Part shown: positions 1 to 14,351 of the stretch, piece by piece | Layout: every line of letters begins with the position of its first letter | Numbering within the stretch: the stretch's first letter is position 1 | NCBI GenBank assembly: GCA_050575255.1 | Contig: JBNZDD010013730.1 | Span: forward strand, 8,276,012 to 8,340,011 | Direction of reading: 5' to 3' | DNA: 64,000 nt | Origin: Harriotta raleighana | Taxonomy: Eukaryota | Notes under the pieces: model-generated | The model's input: the letters and a program-made list of their open reading frames with translations, nothing else | Database searches by the model: none | Told to the model about the DNA's origin: nothing | Translations under genes and position numbers: made by a program

Positions 1-276
1 TTGCACAGAGGAGTACTCTAGAGGCTACGTGTGGAAAATGGACAAAACGGTCCACTTTGAAATCAAAGACAGATTTGCACTTTTCGGGGGACCCTATCTC
101 CATAACATGGCTTCACTTTACGGACAGTTAGACACGACCAAAAATCTAAGGGACTTTTTCACTGTCACAGACCTGAAGATCAGACTGCTTCGGCCTGCAA
201 CTGGTGCAACAATTATGGATGAACATAATCTGTCAAAGTACTTCTATGCTATATCCAACATCGAAATACAAGGAAG
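1..276 (+). CDS. NTNG1: Netrin-G (netrin-G1-like) coding exon, C-terminal part of the laminin N-terminal (LN/VI) domain; 5' end lies outside the window
   Basis: Frame from position 2 reads CTEEYSRGYVWKMDKTVHFEIKDRFALFGGPYLHNMASLYGQLDTTKNLRDFFTVTDLKIRLLRPATGATIMDEHNLSKYFYAISNIEIQG(R). HFEIKDRF, NMASLYGQLDTTK and RDFFTVTDL are netrin-G1-type motifs. Donor AG|GTAAGA at 276/277, phase 2. The symbol is the closest family member; true orthology is uncertain (see findings). Confidence 0.95.
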
Positions 277-1224
277 GTAAGATCTTTTCATTATTTCAGT
301 CGATCCCATGTATTAGGTTAGAAGTCAAACATGTCATGATTCACTAACAACACACAGTGTGTGTAAAATGCAACACCTGTTATTATCACCGGTAATATCA
401 TGTGCTACATGTTTTCCCATAATTATTCAGTACATTAATTTGCAAACAAGTGTTTAAAATCATTTTTTAAAAAGCTTAATCAAGGGGAGATTTTTCGATG
501 TATTTTCTGAACAATGAATATCTCAAATAAAACAAAAATCTTTTTGTTTTCTTTCTCACCTGATCAACTTCCAATAAACAACAAAGGCAGCAGACTGAAA
601 AGATAGGAAACAGATCTGGTCGATGAGGCAGTTGCTCTATGCGAAATAAACACATGGGATAGAGTAAAAATCAGGAATTGCACAGCAATAGGATGCTGTG
701 TAAAAATGAATTGCACTAAAATCAAGATGACTCACTCACTGACACTTCTTGACACTGAATTAGGAAGTGCTGTGCTCATATTCAATGTGAACTGTTTGCA
801 GAATAACAACCTGCTATCATTGGCTCAGTGTTTCTCTTGTTGATATTGCAAGTCCTTCAGCAATTACTGTATTTGTAAGGTTTCATTTGAAGATTGTATC
901 TAACAGCAAATTAGTAAACATTTCCTCTCCATCAGTCAGGCCCCATGCAGCACCAGGTAGATGAAGACTTGCTCTTCAATCTGAATGTTGCTTGATTTGT
1001 TTTCATTTGTTCCACAGAAAAAATAAAGCCGCCTTATTCTGCTACACTGAGATTTTGAAATGTGTGAATGTACAGTCCCCATACATCTTCAGTCTTATCA
1101 AGTCCTGTCTTTATCAGAGTCCTGTAGTCTATTGGTTAGAGCATTCGAGAGAGCAGAACCCTACTCCACATGCCTCTGCTTACCTATCAGTAAGAAGGAA
1201 CCCAGTTGTTAATTAATTGGCAGA

Positions 1225-1440
1225 TGTTTTTCCTGAGGTCTGCTGCTTGCCTCACCCTCCCAGCTCCACCATTGGTGGTCAAACCATCAGATCTTCAGTC
1301 ACTAACCTCTGAAATTCCTTCCATTCTCGACCACCTCTCTACTTATCTTTACATCTCGCCTGTAAGGCTTCTCAAAATGCTCCTATGCCACCTGTCCTTC
1401 TCTCTTTCCGCCTTTCCCCCACTTCACGCTCCATTTCTTG
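1225..1440 (+). mobile_element. Degenerate L2 3' fragment
   Basis: ctccaccattggtggtc...ctctgaaattccttcc...aaaatgctcct parallels the TIGGRAF...WNS.P segment of the 33357 copy; boundaries approximate. Confidence 0.45.
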
Positions 1441-2661
1441 GTTATAGCTGGTTAAACTCAATGCAAACTCCAAGTTATCCCAAGCCTTAGCTCTTATAAA
1501 CTTTGATCTGACTCTCTGGGATGAGGTAAGCAGGGTGCAACCCCAAGGTGAGAGAGTGCATGATCCAGATCAAACAAATAGAATCCAAACACATGTGGAA
1601 CGCTGAACAGTTTGGTTTGAAGAATTTCTTGTGTGTCAGATAGCTCACTTACCAAACCACTAATATGGTGTAAATTCATTATTTAACAACCATAATTTCT
1701 TTATGGAGGAATTCTCATTTATAGATGTGCTACATGTCTAATTCGGGGAGATTTTCTCGCCTGATTTATCGTACACTGCATTGTGCCAACTCCTTAATTA
1801 AAGTGAGCCCCTGTTAGTCTTTATCTCATGTTAATTTACAGTCACACTAATGCAAGAATAATATCTGTAATGGAAGGTGCATTAAAGAGTTATCACGTAG
1901 CATTAGCTGTATTGCATTATGCTATTCATGTTAATTAACAATTGAAGGGAAATATTCCTAATGGTTTAGATAGGACATTAATATACTGTATAGAGAATTG
2001 CCAGGATCTTTGTGCTCTGTTATTAACATCACGGGGAGCATGAAACTGATCACCAGCAGCTGCAGCACATCAAATTTGATGTGATTATTGGTCAAAACAG
2101 TTAAAAAGTCTTCTTCAGTGATGACTATTAAAGATTTTAGTCTCAAACCGCATTCTGTTATTTCTTATTGTCCCAGGATATTTGAGAACACTGGCAGCAT
2201 CATTTTTAAAAACAGCACACACTCAACAAAACATTCATGTAGCTAAATAGAACTAATATCTGGGGAAATATTTGCGTTGATCAATATGCCAGGATAAACC
2301 CATTAGAAAAATTACTTTCTATGATTCAGCGAAAGGATAAAATCCTAAAATGGAGTTACTGTGCAGATTGTTTATAATTTTAACTCTCCAATATCCTTCA
2401 AAATGTAGTCGCTATACCTGGTGTTAGACATAAGGTGAAAAAGTGGAGGATGGAAAATAAGATCTGTGATACAATTATATCACTAGTTAAAATGATCATT
2501 ATCACAACATATTGCACATTTTTTCACCGCAATAAATTCCATATAACCTATAGTTCTTGAACCTATTTATTGTTAATTCCAGATGAACTGCTATTTTAAT
2601 CTAAAATTCAACCTTAGGCAATAAGGATTATCAATAGCATTAACCAATACAACCTCCTTAT

Positions 2662-2800
2662 AACAACAAAAAAAAAATTGCACTTGTATACACTTGTATA
2701 GCGTCTTTCACGTCGGGAGGACGTCCCAAAGTGCTGGATAATCAGGTCGGGACCCGAGCAGGGGGTAGGGGTGGGGGAGGGTCGGGGGGAGGGGGAGTCT
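2662..2800 (-). mobile_element. L2 LINE 3' UTR/tail fragment
   Basis: Reverse complement of the 33680-33812 end (ttcacgtcgggaggacgtcccaaagtgctgga...gacccgagcaggggg plus G runs). Confidence 0.8.
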
Positions 2801-2911
2801 CAGGGTCTCAAACACTTGTTTAATTATTTTGTATTGGTAACTTCTGTAATGGTTGGCAACTTTTACAGACAGAAATAATGAGGCACTGATAAGGCAACAG
2901 GAACATTAAAC

Positions 2912-3179
2912 CACTGGTTTCCAAACTATGCGGCCTGCAGTGTCTCGAGTCCCCGAGTGTGTGGGAGCCGAGGACCCGAGTGTGTGGAGCCGAGGCGGTC
3001 GGTCGGCTCCATCCCTGCCCGCAGGCCATACCGACCCGGCGTTCACCGGTGGAGCTCTGGTAGGGGTGGAGCCGAGGACTCGAGTGGGTGGAGCCGAGTG
3101 TGAAGGAGGTGGGGGGGGCGCAACGAAAACATTGCTGAGTTAGGGGAGGGCGCCCCTATTCAAAGTTTGGAAGCCACTG
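2912..3179. mobile_element. Non-autonomous hAT (Charlie-like) MITE, 268 bp
   Basis: TIRs cactggtttccaaact / agtttggaagccactg (14 of 16 complementary). Perfect 8-bp TSD cattaaac at 2904-2911 and 3180-3187 with central TA. GC-rich interior with repeated ccgagtgtgtggagccgagg units. Confidence 0.88.
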
Positions 3180-3448
3180 CATTAAACTATTCAGTTGCAT
3201 TCATTTGACCTCTAAGGAAATGACTCAAGATAATGCTTAGCTTGGCAAAAATAAAAATGGAATTGCAGATTTGCCAAATATGTAAACTGCCAAACTGTTC
3301 AGTTGTTTTATCTGTCCTCTTCTAATTAAGCATGAAATGTGTATACCCTTGTACACAAATCATTGCAACTACCGTAGTATTTTAATAGTTAAATGCAGCA
3401 CACCATCTGAGCTCTTCTGAATTGCAGAAAACTGTTTTTCAGATCTCG

Positions 3449-4221
3449 GACAACCATGCAAAATAAATCCCATTCCATTTCCACATCTATTCCACATTCC
3501 ATGCGAATAGCAAACTCGGCTTTACAGGGTATGACTGAAAACTGAAAACTAAAAACTGTGAAGAAGATTGAATACCTAATATCATAAATTGAAGATTGGG
3601 GAGGTAGGAGAAGGTGGTCTGTATTAGGATTGAAGCAACACAGCAATCAAAAGCGAACGTCCGTACACCCAAGGTGATGAGTTGACAGCACATGCAGGCT
3701 GCCGAAGAAATCCATGTGAAAGACCAACGTCACTTTACAAATTTGAGTCAATGAATTTTTTCCCTAAAAAATCCTGCCTCATATCATTCAATGATATTTG
3801 TTTGTCAGCTTTCGCATGCAAGAAACAGTAGCCTGGTTACTGAATGTCATGTAATCTGAAAATATAGCAGACAGTAAGCTCAATCAGAAATGAAATCAGA
3901 TGGTGAATCGGCTTCCGAAGGGTGGGAGATTCCTTTATTTGAACCAGAATCTGATTACATCACTTTCATTTTCCGCGTTGATAAGCGTTGAGCAGCTGAG
4001 TGTGGAATGTGTGTGGAAATAGCATTGGGTTTTATGATGATTGCTTGAAATTTCATTCATGAAGCTGACTGCCCCACGAATAAGAGATTTACAATCTCAG
4101 CACAGATAATTCCCAAGATTGAAAGCTCTGACAACCATGCAAAATAAATCCCATTCCATTTCCACATCTATTCCACATTCCATGCGAATAGCAAACTCGG
4201 CTTTACAGGGTATGACTGAAA
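3449..4221 (+). repeat. Exact 92-bp direct repeat (3449-3540 and 4130-4221) around a 589-bp spacer
   Basis: gacaaccatgcaaaataaatccc...ggctttacagggtatgactgaaa occurs twice with no mismatch seen and no N nearby. Confidence 0.9.
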
Positions 4222-7200
4222 TAACTGAAGCTTTTAATATGCACAACTGCAAGGCCTGAAATCTACAGTTCCTTCACAATGTACGCATCATTTTGCCAGT
4301 CAGGAGAAGGTATTATGATGAGTGAGTAAATCTTAGCCTCCGTACAGTGTTTCCATACAGCGAATGCTTCATTTAATTACTGGAGCTAAAATAATTTTGC
4401 CTCATTGGAGCATACCCATCTTAGAAACTAATTAAGATTCAATGCTAGAAAGTTAATAGCTCTTCAAAAGCCAGTGAAGATGGGGGTACTAGCCACTTCC
4501 AATGGTCATTTAATTCAACACTCCCAGGCATTCTAGTTTCATAGAAAGTATCCAGTTTTAGTCCTTCAAAGCAACAAACCAACAGCAACAAAATGCGTTT
4601 ATATAGCGCCCTTCATGAAGGGTAGAGTCTCAAAGCATTACCCCCTACTGCCTACTTAATATCGCTGTTGAAAATAATTTCAGAGATTAGAACCAACAGT
4701 GCTATATTAGTGACAGAAATAATAAAGATCTTGTAACTGATGAACAATGATCTGAGTGATTCAATGAGGTTCTCCTCCTTGAGTAAAATAAAGTCTTACA
4801 GCTACTCAGTGATCACCATCGAACATATGGCCTCTTCTTGTGCTGTAAACTTTCTATGATTCTATGACCTGGATACTCCACCATTTCCTGCATTTCCTGA
4901 TGAGTTTTTTTTAAATCGTAGAACAGCTGTGGCAATTTAATTTAAATTAAAATAAATAAATTAAGGTTTATTTTCTACAACCTTGTAATGGAGATTATCA
5001 CAAACACAGATGTTGTTTAATACTCCCATTATGTCGAGTAAAATGTCTTTTGCTTTAGTCTTCTCCAGATGGCCACTATCTTAAAACTCCTCTCAGCAGG
5101 TATGAAATATTAAATTCAATGAGCCATTTTGGCAATAGATGCCATTACTCTGATGAATGAATCATAGAGCTATGTGACTAATTACCACTATGAGTCTGTG
5201 CACAGACCAACAATTTGAATGCGCTGTCCAATTTGCTAAAGAAGATGACTAACTAAAATTGAAGATGGAAAAGCAAGTGTTTTAAAAGTTCATGGCAGAA
5301 GGGGGGAGAAAAATACTGCACGTAAACCCTTCATTTTGTGACTGTAGAGATAGAATGCGTTAATATATTTACAGCGTTCATTCTATTCATTCAGTAATGA
5401 ATCCTATCATCGAGGCAGCAAAGTAGTGAATTTAAAGTGCAAGAAAATCCACATTTACAGATCTACTCATGTAGCTACAATACCTTAAGAGGAGTGATTT
5501 CTTCTGTTACACTGTAAATAATAGGGTGGATTTCTAAGAATTACTGGGGAAAGAGAGAGATTGTTGTAGTCACGATGTTATCACACAAGGAACACAGTTA
5601 ATACATCCACTCTATAGTTGGATTTATCTGGTTTAATTTTTCACTTCCCCAGTTATTTATTGTTGGGTAAAATACGATCATGTTCAGAGGAAAAGAAAGA
5701 TTGAAACATTGCCAAAACTAGAGTAACATTGTGATCAGATTTTACACTGCTCATCGGGAACCAAGTTCTGAAACCTCTTTATAGTAAAGGAATAAATCAG
5801 ATTTGTTTTATTTGCCATCAATTTAACTGCAAGAGGTGAGTAGCATTTTTGAAACAAAAAAGTCAAATGTGAGGATCAGAATAGGGCAACAGTCATAATT
5901 CACCAGCACAGAGAATAGGACCATGTCACTAACAGAAAGATGAGTTGCTGAAACTCATTATGACGTACAGGTTGTCCTGATCATGGCAGATTAGTCCATC
6001 AGCAACAGAAACGGTCTGAAGCTCAATGTACTTCACGGAAAGCACTCTGAGACGCTACCCTGTGTGAGGGCCTCTATATACATGCAATCGTTGTTGTAGT
6101 AGTAAAACAAAATATGGTTGTACTTTTTAATTATTCTGATTAATGTCTGAAATTAAATGTTATTTTATTGTGAAAGCAAGAAAGTAATAGACTGAAGAAA
6201 GTAGCACCATTGCTTAAGAAGTGAAACTGAGAGAGACTTGAACAGGATATTAGTTCAGTTGCTACTTGGGAGGTGGTGGGGGAATAATAAGGTATATGAT
6301 GGCTAATTGGCACTGGTGATAATCATCACTTCATGTGTGATTTCACCTTCCCCCCCGACCCCTTTTTGGAAAACAGTTTCATCTGTCAAAAACTATCATT
6401 ACACAACTTGCAAAATGGGGAAAAACACATATATAATGTTATTGAAAAAAGAAACAGACAAAAGGAGGAGATTGTGGTCAGATAATAAATTCATACATAG
6501 GCAAAGAGTGATGGGAAAGCTTTGTGTTGTTAGACAATGGCATCAATCATGATCCTAAGAATTAAATTCGAATATCTGGGTAAATATCATTCATGGTGTA
6601 AAACTGATTTTCGCAGGTTAAGATTGCTTCTTTGAAGAATAAAAGGAGATGGCTGCTGACTAAATTGTGGTGCTTTAATAGCTATATGATGGTAGCTTCC
6701 TAATATAGAATAAAATTGTAAGAGTCTGGAATTTCCTCTCACGGGGCTCGAGATGCGATCAGGCAGCTTTTGCAATGTCAGATAAGCTGTCAGGTGGGAA
6801 GGTAAGCAGCACTGAACTCCTCGCGTTGGGTTAGATGCAGTAGCAAGCTGAATAATAAACTCCAGCTTTTTAAAATGAGAGATCTCATGGTATTATTTCT
6901 CAACAGCATTATTCAATTCCCGTTGAATCTCTATTTTAGTATGTGTTGCTAGCGAAGACTTTGAACTATATGTAACATGCATGAGGGCTTCGAGGAGCAG
7001 GCATGGATGCTTCTTGATCTATTCCTGCTTTTGATCACAAGAAGCTATTTCTGTGCTATAGCATAACTCCATATGCTATACGGAGCATACCCAGGTCACA
7101 AAGAGCTGACCCACTCTTGCTTTAACTTGTAGTAGGAGACCTGAGGGCAAGGGCAATCTGGGAGCAAGTTAACTGATCACCTTTTGAGATGGGCAATGGG

Positions 7201-10200
7201 AGAGGGAAGTGAAACAAGGTAATACTACAGTAACTGAGATTGAAACCTGAAACATAAATGTGTTAAAGAAATCAGGAAAAGGAAGTGAACAAGTTATTGC
7301 ATACAAACCCTTGATTTTGTGATTGTAGAGATAGAACGTGGAATTTTATGTACAGATAAATTTATTCAGTCACAAATCCAGGTTGAGGCAGCAAGTCAGT
7401 GCATATATACTCAAGGAAACTGACAGTTACAGCAGGGTTTTCGTAGAGCTTTGTCTTTTGAAGGCATCTAAGAGGATATTCGAGAGATAATGTTTGAGTC
7501 AACAACAACAATAACTTGCATTTATATAGCACCCTCCACACCGGAGCGGGTCAGAGAGCTCAGAGTTCACAGCAATGGGAGAATAATGAGAAATTTGAGG
7601 TACAGATTTCCCATAGAGGATTAAGATGAGGTTTAAGAGGTACTGTATGTTATANTGGGAGAATAATGAGAAATTTGAGGTACAGATTTCCCATAGAGGA
7701 TTAAGGTGAGGTTTAAGAGGTACTGTATGTTATGAAATTCACTGCATTTCAGAAAGTACAACGTAGGTTTAAGTCTTAACTTGTTGGCGTGGCTTTCTGT
7801 TTGATAATACTGTATTTCAATATTTACCTTTTTAAGACAATGTAGTTTCACAGATGTCAGTGAAGGTTACTCACCCGTCTTTTGCTGTGTTCATCTTTGC
7901 TGTGGTCCATAAAGTCTGATCAACTTGATTTGGTATTTGCTATATCGATCATTCATCAGCACAGAAGTGTACAGACACTGTTGTATTTTGAATACCTTAT
8001 TTATAGGGCACATGTAGACTTGTAGACGCATAGTGAACGAAAGAGGCTTAGAGGTTTTGTGTTGGTGCTAATTCCTTCACTGGAACTATTTGCCCTAATC
8101 CCATACCCCTGGTTTTCCCTGAAGCATTTATCCAATTCCCTTTTAAAGGCTGCCCTGGGCTAAGATTCAACAGACGTTTGTGGTAAAACATTTCATATTC
8201 TAACGAACCTGAGTGTAAATGCTGACACTGGTGTACATACGATACAGGGAATTGCACATCATTGATACAAGAGACAGTCTTCTAAAGTGTGGGTGAGATG
8301 CATGCCACTTCCACACCTACTGAACCTATGATGATTTTAAATGGAGAAATGAACATACCTTCACTCCAGCTTCTCTGCTATGATAGCTGTAGAACAGAAT
8401 TGATCCAGTATTTCAGAAGACTGTATTTACAGTTGATACCAACTTGCGTGTGTACATACCCAAGCCAGAACACCACATAAAGGAAAATGAATTGTCAGCT
8501 TTCACCCCGTCTACACTCTACCTTGACATGATGTGTTAATAAATGCTGTCAATACTGTTTACTTATTTCTCACTATTTCCCTCCCTCCCATCATAGCTGC
8601 CCTGATGTTGGCCTCATCTTCCAGCCGGGGAAGCAAACCACTTACTCATCCATGATTTTTAATGACAGGTTTGCTATATGCATTGGCAGACAGGCAGGAA
8701 GCACATGTGGTTTTCTGGGACAGAAGAAGGAAGCATGTGGTTAATGCACCATTGTTGGGCACTCACCCCATCTAGTGGCTCAGCCGCTGGTGAGTGGTGA
8801 AATCTCTGCACACATGGCAAGTGACAGGTTAAAGCCGCTGTGTCATTAGCAATTTACTTCAAGCCAGAAACCCCTGTGGGCAAACGCTGAAGCAGATAAG
8901 GAACTTGCTACTAATACATCAGTGTGCATTTACTTAAATCAAGTTTACCTTAATTTTACAGTATCACTTTGAACAGTCTCAGGAGTGAATCACTTTTGCG
9001 GTCTTTTGCAGTACATTTTGGTAAAGCCTCTGCGACTTACTTTATTCCAAAGTATTCTACATCTAGTAGCCTTTACTAAATTCTGATTTCTTGCTTACAG
9101 ACAAAACTATATAGCTGAAGCCAAATGTTCATATTAATGCTGGTAAATGAGAGCTAAAATATTACTCTGTATTTGCCAAACTAATGTGGACTGAAGCATG
9201 CATGCTTCCCAGTGAAGCCAACAAAAACAGAAGGAATAGTTCCAAGTAGCTCGTTCCCAGGAAATTGACATTCATCCTGTCACTCTTGTTGTTTAATGTA
9301 AATGTGATTGAATGAAACGTTAAATCAAGCTCTGACACAATAGTCAAGAGTTAATTGGAACAACATCACCCCACTGTTCCTAAGACATATAAGTGACCTT
9401 GATTCATATGTTCCTGAAAAGTGGGTTCACTTGCAGAAAATAGAAAGGAGAAACTGTGGATTCACAAGAGGCAGCCAAGATTTTACAAAGAATGCTTGAC
9501 AGGGTATGTATCTGGGCTGATAACTGACAAATGAAGTTGCTCTGCCAAGAGTTGAGTTGTTAGTCCCGATTCCCAAATGCTTCTAATCTACCACTAACAG
9601 TGTGTCAAATAAAATTGTCATAACAAATAATAATGCTTGCATTTCATACAGTCCATTACTCCTTGGGAGGGCATTGTAAAGCGTATCACAGGAGGTACTG
9701 TAAAGTGTAGTGATCAAAATATATCCTAAATGGTGTATTTTGTAATCAACCATAGGCATCAAAATATATCCTAAAGAGTGTTATCAAATGGAAAAAAAAG
9801 TCACCAGATGGTTGTCACTATACACTTTATGGCACTACATTATTCTGTTACTACACATGATCCTGGGTGACATGAAGATGTAAGCAGTGAGCTGACCTCT
9901 GGGTGTCTACCCTATACAAATTGCATCCTATTTTCATTTGCTTGAAAACCGACATAATAATAGACACTGGAGCTATAACATTTAGTTAAAGACTCACCAC
10001 TACCATTTGCTTCTATCTTCAGGAGTAATTGAAGCATTAACCTTCTTCAGTGTTGTTTAGGTCAGACTCAGTTACTGAATCTGCGAAATTAGATTCTAAG
10101 TCAAAGTTGGCCGTGTGCCATTTCAGTATAATGAAGTATCTAAGGCTAATCAACTAGGCTATTCTTTATTGCTATACTGAGTATGTAATGTTAGGCCATT

Positions 10201-11489
10201 TCTTGTGGCAGCACTGATTATATACTAATAGACCAGCTCTTGTTATAATGATGTGTCAAATGAAGCCCATTCTTACTGCTTATTGTACAACAGGAAGTAA
10301 TGAAGACTGCAGAATGCAATACTTCAACTTTTTTATCGCTTCACTATCTTAAAAGGCTTAAACTCGTGTTCCTTTACTGAAAGCCACAGCCATAGAGGTG
10401 AATGTTTGAATGATTTCAGGCTTTAACCTTTAGAAGATTCTAAATTTGTTCTTTTCGTATTAATTGGAAACCGCGGAATGTGAGAATTGAAAGATATAAG
10501 AATATATCAGGGTTCTAATAACTGTATACAGGTATTAAACTCTTCTTGCTTCAGGGTTAAAGTTTACAACCTAATTAGAACTAATGCACTGTGATCCAGA
10601 CTTCATTATTTTTTCCCTATGCAACGATACAGTAAACTTTACACATCTTTTTATATAAATCACAAAACAAACCTTGGCGTGCATGAAAACGTTTACAATA
10701 ACATGAAATGATTGTTATCTTTGATTGAGTAACTGGAGTATTCATCTGGGGATTACTTTATATGTTTATGTATAACAATACACTGTATTCATCTCCTGTC
10801 ACATTCTTACACATTTCTGCTGTTAAAGAAATAATGCTGTTATTTAAGATATTTCCAATCCATTACAGAGTGTCAAGCTTCAAATTTCAGTTTGATAGAA
10901 ACTGTCAAATGAGTAATGAGTAATGAAAACTAAATATTCAAAGGAATAAATAAATTATATTTGGATGCATCCTGCAGTAGTTTTTTTATGTGCAATAATT
11001 TTTTTTGTTCACTGTTGTATGGATACTTGTAGCCCATCAATCGATTTACTTTTGGTTCAGTAATGTAAATTTTCAGTTTGACTCCAAGTCTCTGTGTTTC
11101 AGTCGACTTCAACTGAATTCACAGTAAATTTTATACTTATCTTTTTTCTGAGAATCTCCCTTTGCAAATATCATTCATGTTTATGAGTATCCTGTCTGTC
11201 CAGAGCCTTGAGGCATCTGCCCAACGTGAAAGGAGCGATACAAATGTAATTTGTTGTTAAGTATTTAAGGAAAACTGAGAAGCAAAAGGGAAAAGTGGGA
11301 TCAGCAAAGGAATCCATCAATCGCCAAACAAATGTCAACACAATATATACATATACATATATATACTGTATATATGTCCATTCCAATTTAGCTCCATATA
11401 ATTTTTTTTACACCAAAGTATTTTTTTGCCAATGACTACCAGATTTTTGTAGTTGCTAGGGAAGGAGTTCTGAAATTAAGGAGGATGCA

Positions 11490-11572
11490 CATGTGGAGCA
11501 TAAATCCTGCCATAGACCACAGTTGGGCCAAATGGGCTGTTTCCGTGCTGTATATTTTATGTTATTCTATGT
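11490..11572 (+). mobile_element. CR1-type 3' terminus
   Basis: gttgggccaaatgggctgtttccgtgctgtatattttatgttattctatg; similar remnants at about 4825-4866, 56595-56640 and 62305-62350. Confidence 0.55.
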
Positions 11573-11663
11573 AAAAAGGGACCCAATCGTCAGCGGTCAG
11601 AAAAATGAATAACTTGCAATTCAATTGAAGCCATTTTCAATTACACTTGTCCTTTATTTTAAG

Positions 11664-11836
11664 GTGCAAATGCAACCTTCACACTAACAACTGCATCTTG
11701 GAGAATGGGAAACTAGCTTGTGTCTGTGAGCACAACACGACTGGACAAGACTGTGGAAGATGCAAGAAAGCCTTTCAGGGCCGGCAATGGAGATCTGGTT
11801 CATATCTGCCCATTCCTAAAGGAACTGCAAATATCT
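11664..11836 (+). CDS. NTNG1: Netrin-G exon, laminin EGF-like domain 1 (173 nt)
   Basis: Acceptor cctttattttaag|G completes the AGG codon from the previous exon. Reads [58 protein letters not shown](C). Donor T|GTGAGT, phase 1. [12 protein letters not shown] is the netrin-G1-type motif. Confidence 0.96.
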
Positions 11837-14351
11837 GTGAGTAACGTTCTTTAATGCAGACACAACTGCTGCTAAACTTATAGAATTATTTTTCTTCATA
11901 CAGTATTTAATTGCAATTAGAATACTAGTCAGGATCCGTCATTGTGAAGCGCTCTGAGACGCCGTCCGACGTGGAAAGCGCTATATAAATCGAAGTTGTT
12001 GTAGTCAACATGCTGATTACAAAATGGAAAACAAGGAGTATGTTTATGATTCTGAGACATATATTTGATGCGCACAATGCATAGTACGGAAAATGATTCT
12101 GTATTATCTCTTTGTTTGCCTCAGTTAGTCTAAAGCAGCTCATTTCAACAGTGATTAACAGTGGAGCAGTTCTAGGCACTGTATTGTATTCTGTACCGTC
12201 AAAATTAAGCCACTAGTTGTACATTGACAGGATGTGGCCATTGCTTGGGTCACCATACAACTCTCCACATAATATGTCTTCCATTGTATCCTGTACGCTC
12301 CACAACTTGAATAAACTCCCCATAGAGATTATGTTTTCAATTAATACAATTTTCTTCATTCGTTTGCCTACAAATACACAGTCACTACAAGTCACCATAA
12401 AATCCTGTGAAGCGCTTTGAGACATCTCTGTCATGATGAGCCTATATTATATTGTCATTCAAGTGTAAAATCAATGTATTTATGGTTATACCTGATGGCC
12501 ATTTTGGGGTGCTTTTCTGGTGAATATCATCCTCGTCTGATGATATATTGCTACGGAATAGTGGCAGAGGCAATACCTTGGTTCCTTAGGTCAAATAGAG
12601 GATAAACCATAAAAGGATCAAACGTTTACCTATTCTAAATTCACAGTGGTGTGCTTTGAGGATTAAGAAGATTCATATTTTTAACAACTGCATTTTAGTA
12701 ACATTTCTATATCAAAGTGATGCCTTGATTATTTGGTTATCCCAGTTCTTATGATTTACCATTCCGTATTATTTGTCTAATTCTACTTTTTGGTAATGAT
12801 TCATTTACTGTATTTCAAGATATTTCATGAATAAGGTCATGTTTTGAAAACTGAACAAAAAGTGTTTCAGTCTTCAAAGATTCATATATTTCATTAAAGT
12901 TTATAAATGTAGTAACATACTCCTGCGGTGAATCATTTGATATAATTAGCAAAATAAACATTTCTTTGTTCATCTAATGAAAATGTAACTGATGGAACAA
13001 AAAGGTAGAGAAATTGCATTTAATTTGATTGAGTAAATATGAATATATCCTTTGAGGATTGCAGCAGCTTTTTTCTGAACATTAACATGAATATAATAGC
13101 TGTCATAAGTTCTCATTTTACATAATGCTGTTATCAAATAAATATTCTTACTTATTTAATTGAAATGCGTCCCTTTGTCCGGTGAATAAAATATTAATGT
13201 TGTACTACAGAACAATATGAATTAAAATGTAATGTTCCATGATTGTAGGAAAATAGTTAACAGTAAAATACATAAATTCATCATTATTATTGGTGTCAGT
13301 GCCATATAATGAGAGATTGATCCTTCTAAGTTGTGTCTTTGCTGCGTGATGTTATGATTTCAATGAATATAAAGTTTTGTGTGCAATGGTGTTTCTTTAT
13401 TCGTTCCTTGTGCAATTTACCCAAGGAATGGTTAAGAAATGCTGTACATTTTATGCTAAATAGGGAGAAAAAGGTAATTAAAACATGGCAAAGGTTAGAA
13501 GTATGGGTGTTATCATGGCATGTAGACCAAGGCAGCACATCTCCATTGCATTTCTTTTACATGATGAAGTGTCCAATACCTTTTCTAAGTGGTTAAGGCG
13601 TATTCATCTTGACATCCTACAATACCAATGCCATTCTTCAGAGAAGGGATATGATCTCTGTTGGTAGAAGAGAAAAAATCAAATGTGTTGCAACCTCACA
13701 CGTTGCACAAGAGAGCATAACTCAGGTGCTTTCACCAGAGCTGTGTTTACAATTAATGTACAAGTCATTCACAAACCAACTAACTACATGGCCAAATAGG
13801 GTTGTGACAACCTTTTCTCCTTTTGCCTCATAAGAAGTTGGGCTTTAGAGTTAGGGATTCCCACAGTATCTGTACACAGTGGCATTGGCCGCGGAGCATC
13901 CCCAAAACTGAAAGGCAAACAGGCCTTGTTCAATATTGATATCCCCTGAGTCAACTAGGCACTGTGCTGTGAGCCTGCACCCGCTTGAAATTAGATTCAG
14001 ACCAATGCACAAATACTGGCCACTTTCACAGTGCACGGTTGAGAAGATGCTGACTTCACCAGTGCTCAGCTCAGCCTGAGGGTTTCCTCTTGATCGCAAC
14101 GGAGACTGTGTATTACCAGATGTTCCACGTCTGCAAGTGCAATCCTGAACCATCAAGAACAAATCCCACATGACTGATGTTTCATGACATGGCCCACTTT
14201 TTTCAGCAAAAATGACAATTTCTGCTATTAATGTCACACAAGATAATCATTCTGATATCTCACATCTAATTCATTTGGGAGGTTTTTTTTGATTCAACAA
14301 TGAATCATAGGATCTATCTGATTCATTTTGCATTTGATCAATAATACTTAT

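Noticed and set aside
2761-2797. G-quadruplex-like run
   Set aside because: It is the reverse complement of the C-rich L2 3' UTR; nothing indicates a locus-specific role.
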